Shown here: piece by piece, positions 27,730 to 35,899 of the stretch
Numbering within the stretch: position 1 is the stretch's first letter
How the letters are laid out: each line of letters starts with the position of its first letter
Source of the DNA: a virus
Direction: 5' to 3' (one strand)
DNA length: 64,000 nt
IMG/VR virus record: IMGVR_UViG_3300023276_001265
Notes under the pieces: generated by a model
Seen by the model: the letters and a program-made list of their open reading frames with translations, nothing else
Database searches by the model: none
What the model was told of the DNA's origin: nothing
Program-made: the position numbers and the translations under genes

Positions 27730-28056
27730 ATGACAGACCCCATTACGTCACTCCCACAAGAGATCGTGCCGCAAACCGAGAAACCAGCTGTCGCGCCGCC
27801 GCCTGTCCCAGTGCAGGTCGAACGGGTCGTATTCCTGGCGGCTCGGCTTCGCGAGCTCCTCGCCACAGAGGCAAACCTTAGGACTCTAGTGGCCGAGCTA
27901 CAATCCGAGAATGCCCTTTTCCGGGCTAAGCAGTCGCAGTCTGAGATTGATGGACTTGAGGCGGAGTTCGATGTAGGAGAGGGCACGGTCCTCCAGAAGC
28001 GACCTGATGGGAGTGTTTGGCGAATCCCACCAGAGCTTCTGCAGAAGCAGGGCTAG
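27730..28056 (+). CDS. Coiled-coil protein, likely paralog of ORF 45665-46090
   Basis: AGGAG SD; heptad region; C-terminal LQKRPDGSVW. Confidence 0.65.
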   Translation: MTDPITSLPQEIVPQTEKPAVAPPPVPVQVERVVFLAARLRELLATEANLRTLVAELQSENALFRAKQSQSEIDGLEAEFDVGEGTVLQKRPDGSVWRIPPELLQKQG

Positions 28057-28400
28057 TCGATCTCAGCTGATTTACGGGCCGCAAGGCAGGCGAACTCGCT
28101 CGGAATGAACTCCCTACAAGCATCAGGACGTGCATCGTAGATTGAACAAGAGCACTGCTTTCCTACAGACCCACGAAGCGATATGCAGGTCACGAGCCCC
28201 TGAACGTTCGTCTTGGTTCGCACCCCTATCTCGAAGGGGTCGTTTATCTTGCTGACGAGGCGTCTGACCGTCTTCTCGGTATACGCCAGTCGGAGACGAC
28301 GAACATCGCCATCCCCGACATAGACGTAGGTATCAGCCTTGTTGGAGGAGATACAGCATGCCCCGCAGGACTTGCAGTCAATGCCCTCCGGGTCGACCAA
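28053..28400 (-). CDS. YkgJ/CxxCxxCC family Fe-S or zinc-chelating protein
   Basis: CKSCGACC...C...CSIYDARPDACREF. Confidence 0.85.
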   Translation of the reverse strand: MVDPEGIDCKSCGACCISSNKADTYVYVGDGDVRRLRLAYTEKTVRRLVSKINDPFEIGVRTKTNVQGLVTCISLRGSVGKQCSCSIYDARPDACREFIPSEFACLAARKSAEID

Positions 28401-28727
28401 CTACATGTCCCCGATTAGGGTTAGCGCGTTCCGCAAATTAGCGCGAGCCTCGTCTATCTCACCGTTACCAAGAGCCTCTTCTGCGGTATGAATACAGCCG
28501 AGGGCGGTTAGACGATCGAGGGGTCCTGGGTCAGTGAAGACCCTAGCTCCGCATTCACGCAACTTCATGGCGAGTGCTTGGGTCATGGCCGGGTTCAAGT
28601 CCGGAAGAACGACCGGAGCCATGTCCATCCATTGTTTGGAGGTCTTGAGGTCGAACCCGTAGGCGGACCTGATCTCCTTAATCACTGCGATCTTCTTCTG
28701 CCCTGCGTTCTCCAGTTTAATGGCCAT
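28401..28727 (-). CDS. Ribosomal protein bL12 (L7/L12) C-terminal domain protein with C-terminal extension
   Basis: LENAGQKKIAVIKEIR...LKTSK...APVV...KLRECGARV. Confidence 0.8.
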   Translation of the reverse strand: MAIKLENAGQKKIAVIKEIRSAYGFDLKTSKQWMDMAPVVLPDLNPAMTQALAMKLRECGARVFTDPGPLDRLTALGCIHTAEEALGNGEIDEARANLRNALTLIGDM

Positions 28728-28754
28728 TAGGACCTCCCTTCTCTCTGATACTTT

Positions 28755-29273
28755 CTACCCGATCTGCTCGGGCTTCTTGGAGAGCCTACCACCGCCGCAT
28801 GCTGGGCATTTAGCTTCACTGGTTTGGTAGGAGTCGTTGCTTGTAGTGAATGGCAGGGTGCATGTGAGGCATAGAACGCCAATGTTCGCTGGTCCGTCGG
28901 TGATGGTTGCCGGGCCCCCATCACCGCGCTTGAACATCTGAGTAGGAGCACGTCTGTGCGCTGCCCTATCGGCAGCAACTGCAGCTTCCGCGCAGGGGTC
29001 GCAGTATTCCGCGTGATTGTCGACCCCGTGCTCGCAGAGGTCCACACCAGCCGGTAAGAGCTTCGTAGTGTCTGGGTGAGATCGTATGTGGATATCAAGT
29101 AGGTCCTCAATCGATGCCCAGACGGCGAAGGAGTCCTTTCCGGTCATCCACCTTGTGACGGCAGAGCCGTCCTCGAAAACGGCTACCTGTGCAACGCGAC
29201 CTGTTCCGGAAACACCGGTCTGATCTGTAATGCGGATCATGTTGTAGAGGCCAGGAGGGTATGAAGTAGTCAT
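28755..29273 (-). CDS. Phage hypothetical protein with C-terminal zinc ribbon
   Basis: RITDQTGVSGTGRVAQVAVFEDG; CLTC...CPAC. Confidence 0.65.
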   Translation of the reverse strand: MTTSYPPGLYNMIRITDQTGVSGTGRVAQVAVFEDGSAVTRWMTGKDSFAVWASIEDLLDIHIRSHPDTTKLLPAGVDLCEHGVDNHAEYCDPCAEAAVAADRAAHRRAPTQMFKRGDGGPATITDGPANIGVLCLTCTLPFTTSNDSYQTSEAKCPACGGGRLSKKPEQIG

Positions 29274-29553
29274 GCCCTCTCATACTAGAACCAAGGTCTA
29301 TTTCATAGAAAATACTGAGACGGGCCGCATCAAAGTGGGGTTCACGACAAGCTCGGTTAACGCTCGCGTAGTTGCGCTTCAGACGGGATCTGATTGCCAG
29401 TTACGACTTCTTGGTTCCGTTATCGCGGATCAAGCGGCGGGGACAACAGAGCTCCAGCTTCACAGGCTGTTCAGTAGGTGGCACCACCGTGGCGAGTGGT
29501 TTACTAGAGAGATCCTCCCGATGGTCGTGGAACTGCTTTCGGAACCAACTTAA
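29272..29553 (+). CDS. GIY-YIG protein, T5orf172/MUG113-like
   Basis: VYFI......IKVGFT......R...LQTG...E..LH..F.....GEWF. Confidence 0.8.
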   Translation: MPSHTRTKVYFIENTETGRIKVGFTTSSVNARVVALQTGSDCQLRLLGSVIADQAAGTTELQLHRLFSRWHHRGEWFTREILPMVVELLSEPT

Positions 29554-30055
29554 CGTATACGCTCCGCTTCGACCGGCGAATGGTGACTATCTTTGCGTCC
29601 ACCAATCTGTATACGAGCCACTCCACTACATCATGTGGAACGCGTAGATCCCTAGAGAGCGCCGGGATTGATGACTGATTAAGTTGGATCGCACCGAGTA
29701 GGTCTTGGGCTACATAACCGTCGATAGGAGGTGTCGTAGTTATGATCTCCTCCTCGCGTGCTTCCTCCCGACGTTGTATCTTGGCTGCATAGGGCATCAT
29801 TACTACATGATCGAGACAGTAAGGTTTGTTTCCGACGGTGCGGCCCGTGCAATCTGGAATCTCACATGGGGGACCATAGCAACGAGCAGACCCGCGACGA
29901 CGCCTCGCCGGTTTGTTAGACGATCTGCGAAGAGCTTCGATGAACAAAAGTCGCCTGTCTGTTGCCAACGCCCTTGGCCCCCTGCTCGCGGTACTTACCT
30001 CTGATGCGCCCTTTAATACCTTACAGCCATAGTCCATAAACCGCATGAATCTCAT
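29504..30055 (-). CDS. Hypothetical protein with Cys motif and winged-HTH-like C-terminus (start uncertain)
   Basis: CEIPDC...YCLDH; SIPALSRDLRVP. Confidence 0.45.
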   Translation of the reverse strand: MRFMRFMDYGCKVLKGASEVSTASRGPRALATDRRLLFIEALRRSSNKPARRRRGSARCYGPPCEIPDCTGRTVGNKPYCLDHVVMMPYAAKIQRREEAREEEIITTTPPIDGYVAQDLLGAIQLNQSSIPALSRDLRVPHDVVEWLVYRLVDAKIVTIRRSKRSVYVKLVPKAVPRPSGGSL

Positions 30056-30569
30056 TTACACGCATAGGTCTGGTGGTCGTATTTGGCAGGGGGATAAGAA
30101 CGACGTTAAAGCCCTCCTTCAGCGCCCTAATAAAGAAGTTGATCTAATCGGTCTATTTGCGCAGGAGTTTCAGCCGACTGATCCAAATAATCATTACGAA
30201 CTACTTAGGGGCGGGTACGACGATAATGACGCTGCAAATGATGATGAGTTGAAAAAAGTTGGAGAATTAGCCAGTCATTTCTCGGATAGATTCGCGGTTG
30301 CTCTACGCGAGGGGAAAGGGTGCGTGTCGTCGTGCAACATGGGCCTCAATCGCTCTGGGTTGGTGACGGCTCTTACGTTGATGAAAGCGACCCACATGGG
30401 ACCTGAAGAGGCGATCAGTCTTGTGAGGCGGAATAGGACTCCCCAACAAGGGTTGAGCGCCCTCTGCAACAGAAAATTCGTGGAAATGATCCGCAAACTT
30501 GGCGCTACAAGCGGGTCTAAGTCGACCTGGACCAAGTGGAACAGGGAATCTCCGAAAGCGCGGCGGTAA
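30045..30569 (+). CDS. Dual-specificity/tyrosine phosphatase family protein
   Basis: Catalytic CX5R loop SCNMGLNRSG; AISLVR..R...LCN..F. Confidence 0.85.
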   Translation: MNLIYTHRSGGRIWQGDKNDVKALLQRPNKEVDLIGLFAQEFQPTDPNNHYELLRGGYDDNDAANDDELKKVGELASHFSDRFAVALREGKGCVSSCNMGLNRSGLVTALTLMKATHMGPEEAISLVRRNRTPQQGLSALCNRKFVEMIRKLGATSGSKSTWTKWNRESPKARR

Positions 30570-30645
30570 TATGGACCGACGCATCCGATTCTGTTAGACT
30601 CAGTTGTGGTGATGCACAACACGAGCATCTGTCACAGGAGACGAC

Positions 30646-31479
30646 ATGGCCAGAGCAGTTGAGAAGCAGCGCAAGCGGCGCCGCAGCTTGGATTCCAAGC
30701 AGCGGACCGAAGCGGTGCGTCTCTATGAGCTCGGCCTATCTGGTCCTAAAATCGCTCTGCAGTTTGATGTAGGAGTTGACCAGGTCTACAAGGTACTCCA
30801 TACCGCAGGCGTGTGCCGCGATGTGACTGGCTGTCGAAACCGGCGATGGACGGACGATCAAGAAGACCAGATCATTGATGCTTACCTGGAGGGCGAGACT
30901 CAGGTCGGATTAGCCCGAACCTGGAATACAAGCCAGTCAGCGATCTCCTCGATCCTGAAAAGGACGGGAACCCAAACGCGCTACAAAAAGCGAGAGCTTT
31001 CTGCGACTGAGCTGCAGAGCGTTAAGAATCGGTATGAGGCCGGAGAGACGGCAGGCGCTATTGCTGAAGACTTTGACGTCTTCCACAAGCGCATTCTCGT
31101 CGAGCTCAGGCGTATGGGAGCGAAGATTAGGAAACGCCCTGGCTTCCACACGTGGACTGATGACTGCGGTCGCGCCTTCACATTCAAGTCTCTCTGGGAG
31201 CTACGAGTTGCCCAGCATTTGGACCTGCTTGGGAAGTCTTGGGACTACGAAAAAGCTAAATACACAGTCATCGTAGATGATGGTGTCGCCACCTACACGC
31301 CAGACTTTTGGATCTACGCAACGTGCGGAGAGCTGGAGGCTGTTGTGGACGTCAAGGGCCGATGGTGGCCCACTGGGCAGCAGGAGAAAATCGAACTCTT
31401 CTGCCAACAGTATCCCCACATTCCGTTCGAGATTTGGGACGCTCGCGTCCTAAAGGGATCAGGCGTTCGCCTTTTTTAA
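30646..31479 (+). CDS. HTH-repeat plus PD-(D/E)XK (TnsA-N-like) endonuclease; starts with the tail tube's first five codons
   Basis: Three HTH units; FKSLWE..VA..LD....WDYE...YTPDFW...VDVKG; 5' end ATGGCCAGAGCAGTTGA versus tube ATGGCTAGAGCAGTTGA. Confidence 0.85.
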   Translation: MARAVEKQRKRRRSLDSKQRTEAVRLYELGLSGPKIALQFDVGVDQVYKVLHTAGVCRDVTGCRNRRWTDDQEDQIIDAYLEGETQVGLARTWNTSQSAISSILKRTGTQTRYKKRELSATELQSVKNRYEAGETAGAIAEDFDVFHKRILVELRRMGAKIRKRPGFHTWTDDCGRAFTFKSLWELRVAQHLDLLGKSWDYEKAKYTVIVDDGVATYTPDFWIYATCGELEAVVDVKGRWWPTGQQEKIELFCQQYPHIPFEIWDARVLKGSGVRLF

Positions 31480-31504
31480 GGTATGAACAGGAGCATAAAC
31501 CCTT

Positions 31505-31987
31505 ATGGCTAGAGCAGTTGACACAGACCTCTATCACAACTTCCGGTTTCACGTTGTCGACCCGGCGGGTCAGAACCTGGACCCAGTTGCAGGCTTCCGG
31601 ACCGCCAGCATCCCCGACCTCACCGTCGACATGGCGGAGTACCGTGAGGGCGTGTTCAAGTACACCCGAAAGTATCCTGGCATTCCGAAGGTCGGTGATT
31701 GCTCCCTGAGCAAGGGCGTGGTCAAGAAGGACTCCGACTTCCTCCTCTGGATCTTCAAGTGCATCAACGGCGGTGAGACCTACCGTTCTGACATCACGAT
31801 CCAGGAATACCACATTGCCGACGAATGGGGCATTGACGGTAGTCCCTCGAAGGTCATTCAGCTCAAGGAGGTCTTCCCGACCTCTGTCAAGCCGACCGGT
31901 GACAAGGACGCTTCGAGCTCCGACGTCGCCATCCAGGAGATCACCCTCGCTGTCGAGGAGATAGTCGTGGAACTCGTTGTCAACTAG
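31505..31987 (+). CDS. Tail tube protein (T4 gp19-like)
   Basis: D...NFRFHV; AGF; EYREG....RKYPG; LSKG; P.......DASSSDVAIQEITL. Confidence 0.93.
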   Translation: MARAVDTDLYHNFRFHVVDPAGQNLDPVAGFRTASIPDLTVDMAEYREGVFKYTRKYPGIPKVGDCSLSKGVVKKDSDFLLWIFKCINGGETYRSDITIQEYHIADEWGIDGSPSKVIQLKEVFPTSVKPTGDKDASSSDVAIQEITLAVEEIVVELVVN

Positions 31988-32004
31988 AGACTTAGGTTTC
32001 TACC

Positions 32005-32060
32005 TTGATTCGGGCATAGTTGCGGGCTAGTCTGGGATACAAACCCAGGAGCCCGCAATT
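32005..32060 (+). promoter_or_regulatory. Sigma70-like promoter inside an RBS-sequestering hairpin of the GIY-YIG gene
   Basis: TTGATT(32005)-N17-TAGTCT(32028); stems TTGCGGGCT/AGCCCGCAA and CTGGG/CCCAG enclose AGGAG. Confidence 0.6.
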
Positions 32061-32062
32061 CC

Positions 32063-33190
32063 ATGTACAGAGTCGTAGTTATCAAGAATCCAATTGATGG
32101 CGCAGTAATTTACGTTGGCCGAGAGAAGCAGTCTGGAAACGGCCGATACGCGCTCAACAGGCTTTTGTCGGATACAAGGCGTGGCGGTAACAGCAAACGT
32201 CATTTAGTGGTCAGACGCTTGGTCGAACAAGGCCTTAGTTTGTGCTACCTAGCTATCGCCGAGAATCTGCACGTAAATGCAGCTAAGAAGCTGGTGAACG
32301 AGCTACGGGAACAGCACGGAGTTCAGCTCTCCCGTTACGGGTCCACTCGGCCTCGTGTCCACCAGAAAACCGATCCCAACTCGCCATATTTGGACAAAGC
32401 AGAGGTCTACTACGTCTACGAACTGATCCGGCCAGACACCGACAATGTGTTCTACGTGGGCAAGGGGTCAGATCGTCAGCAACCACGAGTTGACGCTCAC
32501 ATCCGGAAGGCTAAGTCCGGGAAGAAGGGGCACAAGTTCGCGATCATCCGCAAGCTACTTGCGGCCGGTCTCAAGCCCGTTGAGCATAGGATCGCCGAGA
32601 ACCTCACCGAGTCCAAAGCGCTCAAGCTCGAAGTCGAGCACATTAGTTCAATAGGATTGAACCTTCTTGCAAACGATGCCTCTGGTGGTCAGACGGCGCC
32701 CACTGGCGATGACCACTGGACGCGTAGGCATCCGGAGAAGGTTCTACGAGGTGAGAGCCATCCCATGCGGAGGGATCCTAGTCGAGCCGCACGCGGGCCG
32801 CAAAACGGCGCATACACTAAGCCTGAGTGCCGGGTTCGCGGCGCCAAGCACGGGATGTCGAAGCTGGATTACCAGCAGGTCACGAGGATCCGTGCGCGGT
32901 ATCAAGAGGGATTGGACTCAGGGAAGCGAGTAACCGGGAAGCGCCTGGCCGCAGATTATGGCGTGACTCCTACCCAGATATCTCGTGTACTTCGTGGTGA
33001 GAGTTGGGACCTGCCGAATCTCATCAAGAAGCACGGCAACGCGAAGCTCACTAAAGAGCAGATCGCGTCTATTCCAGCGAAGCTCGCTGCAGGGTTGAAT
33101 CAGAAGCAGCTGGCAGAAGAACTAGGCGTGAGTCATAGCCTCATCAACTACTACGCCAAGAAGATAGTCGTGGAACTGGTCGTCAACTAG
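32063..33190 (+). CDS. GIY-YIG (LEM-3-like) endonuclease with C-terminal HTHs; ends in the tail tube's last eight codons
   Basis: YYVYELIRP....FYVGKG....R...H...E...I...L.N, with a degenerate N-terminal copy; two HTHs; C-terminus IVVELVVN*. Confidence 0.85.
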   Translation: MYRVVVIKNPIDGAVIYVGREKQSGNGRYALNRLLSDTRRGGNSKRHLVVRRLVEQGLSLCYLAIAENLHVNAAKKLVNELREQHGVQLSRYGSTRPRVHQKTDPNSPYLDKAEVYYVYELIRPDTDNVFYVGKGSDRQQPRVDAHIRKAKSGKKGHKFAIIRKLLAAGLKPVEHRIAENLTESKALKLEVEHISSIGLNLLANDASGGQTAPTGDDHWTRRHPEKVLRGESHPMRRDPSRAARGPQNGAYTKPECRVRGAKHGMSKLDYQQVTRIRARYQEGLDSGKRVTGKRLAADYGVTPTQISRVLRGESWDLPNLIKKHGNAKLTKEQIASIPAKLAAGLNQKQLAEELGVSHSLINYYAKKIVVELVVN

Positions 33191-33220
33191 ACGCCCCGTA
33201 TCTAGACCCAATTGGAAGAT

Positions 33221-33246
33221 AGCGCCCCTAGTGGGCGCTCTTTTTC
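33221..33246 (+). terminator. Intrinsic terminator
   Basis: AGCGCCC-CTAGT-GGGCGCT-CTTTTT. Confidence 0.75.
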
Positions 33247-33247
33247 A

Positions 33248-33454
33248 TCAGTCAGACTTGGTGTGTCGACGTCGCTTTCCGCTGCTCACACGCTCAAGAC
33301 GTGAGGCCATTCCGGGAATGGCGTCAGCCAACTTCTTAGCTAGGCTCACCTCAGCCGCGTCGAGGCCTGTTCCCCCTTCCAGGCACTTGATGATGACCTT
33401 GAGCTCCCTATCGCTCAGGTCCAGAGTCCATACGAAGTTGCGCTGGAGGTGCAT
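33248..33454 (-). CDS. Hypothetical protein
   Basis: 68-aa ORF converging on the terminator. Confidence 0.4.
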   Translation of the reverse strand: MHLQRNFVWTLDLSDRELKVIIKCLEGGTGLDAAEVSLAKKLADAIPGMASRLERVSSGKRRRHTKSD

Positions 33455-33538
33455 CGTGGGCGCCTATCGGGTAATCTGAGATCTCACCCGGCGGTGCCGG
33501 AATTAGCATCAGTTTACAGCAAGAGAAGACCAGACCGT

Positions 33539-33931
33539 ATGGAGAACGGACTCAAGTACCACGGATCGTGGGACAATGCCTGCCCGAGCGGCGTCTCCTA
33601 CACCGAGCACGTTCAATCTCTTCCTCTGATGTTGGTCCAGATGTACTGGCAGGCTGGAGGGACTGGAATTTTTGCGGTCCATCCGATGATCGCGTCAATG
33701 CTGAGCGTGGTAGATCCGGCCCGCTTCGGGTCGTTCAAGTTTCACGAGGCCCAAGAATGGCCGGTCGAGGTCGGGGCCATAGGTGGTATCTCGGTGTGGG
33801 CTGACGTCTCTATTGGTGGAGCCGAGATCCTGATAGTTGATGAGCCTGGGTCCCTGCAGCCTCACGCGAGGGTAACGCTCTCTAACTTCATCGACGTTCC
33901 AGAGGTTCTGGACAGAATGGCGCGTCTCTGA
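33539..33931 (+). CDS. Hypothetical protein
   Basis: ATG 33539 is in frame with the tracked ORF 33449-33931. Confidence 0.5.
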   Translation: MENGLKYHGSWDNACPSGVSYTEHVQSLPLMLVQMYWQAGGTGIFAVHPMIASMLSVVDPARFGSFKFHEAQEWPVEVGAIGGISVWADVSIGGAEILIVDEPGSLQPHARVTLSNFIDVPEVLDRMARL

Positions 33932-33983
33932 GCGGGCGAATCTGATAGACTCATTGATGTGATGCACACCGGAGGTTAACCCC

Positions 33984-34556
33984 GTGGCCAGAGCGCTCAG
34001 CACCGATCCCCTACAGAACTTCTCCTATTACCTGCTAGACATTCCAGTCGCGGCAAGCCCTCCAGTAGCGTTCCCATTCAAAATCGGCCAGGGACTTTCA
34101 GAGGGACAGCTACTGAGCTTTAAGTCCATCTCAATTCCATCCGTATCAATGGGGATGAAGACGATTCAGGAGGGAAACTGGCCGTATGCACACCAAATTC
34201 CTACAGGACAGATCACAACAGGAGATACGACTATCGAGGCTGCTGTGACCCCGCTCTCAATGGACTTCTATCTGTGGTTCTTCCAGGCAGTGTGGGGAAC
34301 AGGGGCGCCCCGGCGTAACTTCACTGTGGTCCACACGAGAGCTGACAAGCTCATCCCCAGGCGGGTCGTCAATCTCTTTGGGTGCGTCCCTAAAAGCTGG
34401 CAGCCGTCTTCTAACTTTGATGCCAGTTCCAGCGAGCTATCGATCGAGAGCTTAACCGTGTCTGTGCACCAGGTAGAGGTTCTCCCAGGGATCCCAGGAC
34501 CCCCCAGTGTTCCAAATGCTCCAGTGGTCCCAGGGGTCCCAGGAGCTTCTATTTGA
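33984..34556 (+). CDS. Second gp19-like tail tube paralog
   Basis: MARALSTDPLQNFSY; IQEGNW; P..W.....DASSSELSIE; Pro/Gly tail. Confidence 0.8.
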   Translation: MARALSTDPLQNFSYYLLDIPVAASPPVAFPFKIGQGLSEGQLLSFKSISIPSVSMGMKTIQEGNWPYAHQIPTGQITTGDTTIEAAVTPLSMDFYLWFFQAVWGTGAPRRNFTVVHTRADKLIPRRVVNLFGCVPKSWQPSSNFDASSSELSIESLTVSVHQVEVLPGIPGPPSVPNAPVVPGVPGASI

Positions 34557-34606
34557 TACGCTCTTTTTGGCCTGAAAGTGTTAATCTGATGCACAGAGGA
34601 AGTCAC

Positions 34607-34876
34607 ATGAGAGCACTACGAAATTCCATCTTCGCCATCGGGCTGGCCCTGTCCACCGGCTGCTGCGCTACCGTAGACCTGATCCGGGCCGACTACACGA
34701 AGGCTGACCGAGCTACCTTCGATGCAGTCGCTCCCGCCTACGAGGCTTACCTCGACGGGGACACGACGCTCGACAAGGACGCGAAGAAGCGAGGTAAGCG
34801 GACTATCACCACCTGGCGCCTCCGCCTGGAGCAAGCTGAAGCTCCCGTGCTTCCTGCTGATGGCGAAGGAGAGTAG
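34607..34876 (+). CDS. Putative small lipoprotein
   Basis: MRALRNSIFAIGLALSTGC lipobox-like signal. Confidence 0.6.
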   Translation: MRALRNSIFAIGLALSTGCCATVDLIRADYTKADRATFDAVAPAYEAYLDGDTTLDKDAKKRGKRTITTWRLRLEQAEAPVLPADGEGE

Positions 34877-34878
34877 CC

Positions 34879-35238
34879 GTGGCCGAACTCACAGGTAGCC
34901 TTGAAGACCTCGCGAAGGATCTCGGCGGTAAGGTCCTCGATCAGGTTAAGGACGACTTCGGTGATGCCTGGGACAGCGTCAAGGATGAGGTCAAGGACAT
35001 CCTCGCTGACGTAGCCAAGGATGCGGGGCGTCTTGCAGTCAAGAAGCTCCAGGGCGAGGACGTCTCTGAGGCCGAGAAGCACATCAACGCGCAGCTCCTC
35101 AATCTGAAGGTCGCAGGTGAGATCCTCGCGGTCCGCACCTTCTGGGAATCCTTCGGCAAGGTCATGGAAGTGATCGGAACTGGCCTCGGTGCCATCGCCA
35201 AGGCTGGGATTAAGACGCTCCTAGGCGGACTGGGATAG
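34879..35238 (+). CDS. Helical hypothetical protein with amphipathic C-terminus
   Basis: GGAG SD and GTG; directly follows the lipoprotein. Confidence 0.6.
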   Translation: MAELTGSLEDLAKDLGGKVLDQVKDDFGDAWDSVKDEVKDILADVAKDAGRLAVKKLQGEDVSEAEKHINAQLLNLKVAGEILAVRTFWESFGKVMEVIGTGLGAIAKAGIKTLLGGLG

Positions 35239-35286
35239 ATATGCCACTAACCCAGGAATTTCCTGGGTTTTAGTGGTCCATCTCCG

Positions 35287-35325
35287 TTGACTCGCCCTAG
35301 TGATGCATATAGGATGACCGCATCA
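35287..35325 (+). promoter_or_regulatory. Sigma70-like promoter overlapped by inverted TGATGC boxes
   Basis: TTGACT(35287)-N17-TAGGAT(35310); TGATGC at 35301 and GCATCA at 35320. Confidence 0.55.
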
Positions 35326-35375
35326 CCAACTTCGGTGACGAAACCAGGCCTAAACAATAGGGCAAGGAAAACAAC

Positions 35376-35840
35376 ATGACAGTTCGCACTCAATACGGTG
35401 TGCCATCGGCGTTGGCTACGGTCAACAACACCGCCCCGGTCGCCTTCACCGTCAACCGTCCGCGTACCCTTCCGGTAGAGCGGAACACCATCGACCACGT
35501 GGCTCGTCCATACCGTCGTCAGGAGTTTGAGGGTGGCCTTGCCGTCCTGCAGCTCAACGCAGCATGCGCTATCGGCGATGTCGCCGTTCGCGCGGTCGAG
35601 ATCATGGCTTGGGACGGAACGGTCGCTCGGACCGTGCTCAGCACCACTGGCAACGAGTATCTCGGTAACGCGACAATCACGACTGAGCTTCTGGCTCGGC
35701 TGATCATCGCGGAAGACGAGGCTGGCGCCCGCGTTTCTCTCTTCAAAGTCACCGGCGGCACCATCGCTAGCTGTGGACTCACCGGTCGGTTCGACTTCGG
35801 CCTCCACAACGCCAACTACGGGAGCAACCAGGGCCTCTAA
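35376..35840 (+). CDS. Hypothetical, probably abundant structural protein
   Basis: AAGGA SD; strong C-ending codon bias. Confidence 0.65.
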   Translation: MTVRTQYGVPSALATVNNTAPVAFTVNRPRTLPVERNTIDHVARPYRRQEFEGGLAVLQLNAACAIGDVAVRAVEIMAWDGTVARTVLSTTGNEYLGNATITTELLARLIIAEDEAGARVSLFKVTGGTIASCGLTGRFDFGLHNANYGSNQGL

Positions 35841-35899
35841 GCCTAACGGCTTAGAACACACCTGGCTGATCTTCCTAGGAAACAAGAAGGAAAACCAAC

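Noticed and set aside
20914-33931. Shared C-terminal VLD(L/R)xA motif in ORFs 20914-21159 and 33539-33931
   Set aside because: Only two short instances here; too weak without the rest of the genome.
33984-34007. MARAL start as another terminus-capture duplication
   Set aside because: The whole ORF is a tube paralog, so the similarity is ordinary homology.
34391-34398. TAAAAGCT match to the 5' end of the putative TnpB guide (also AAAAGCTA at 31251)
   Set aside because: Only 8 nt, inside coding sequence, and expected by chance; no credible target found in the window.
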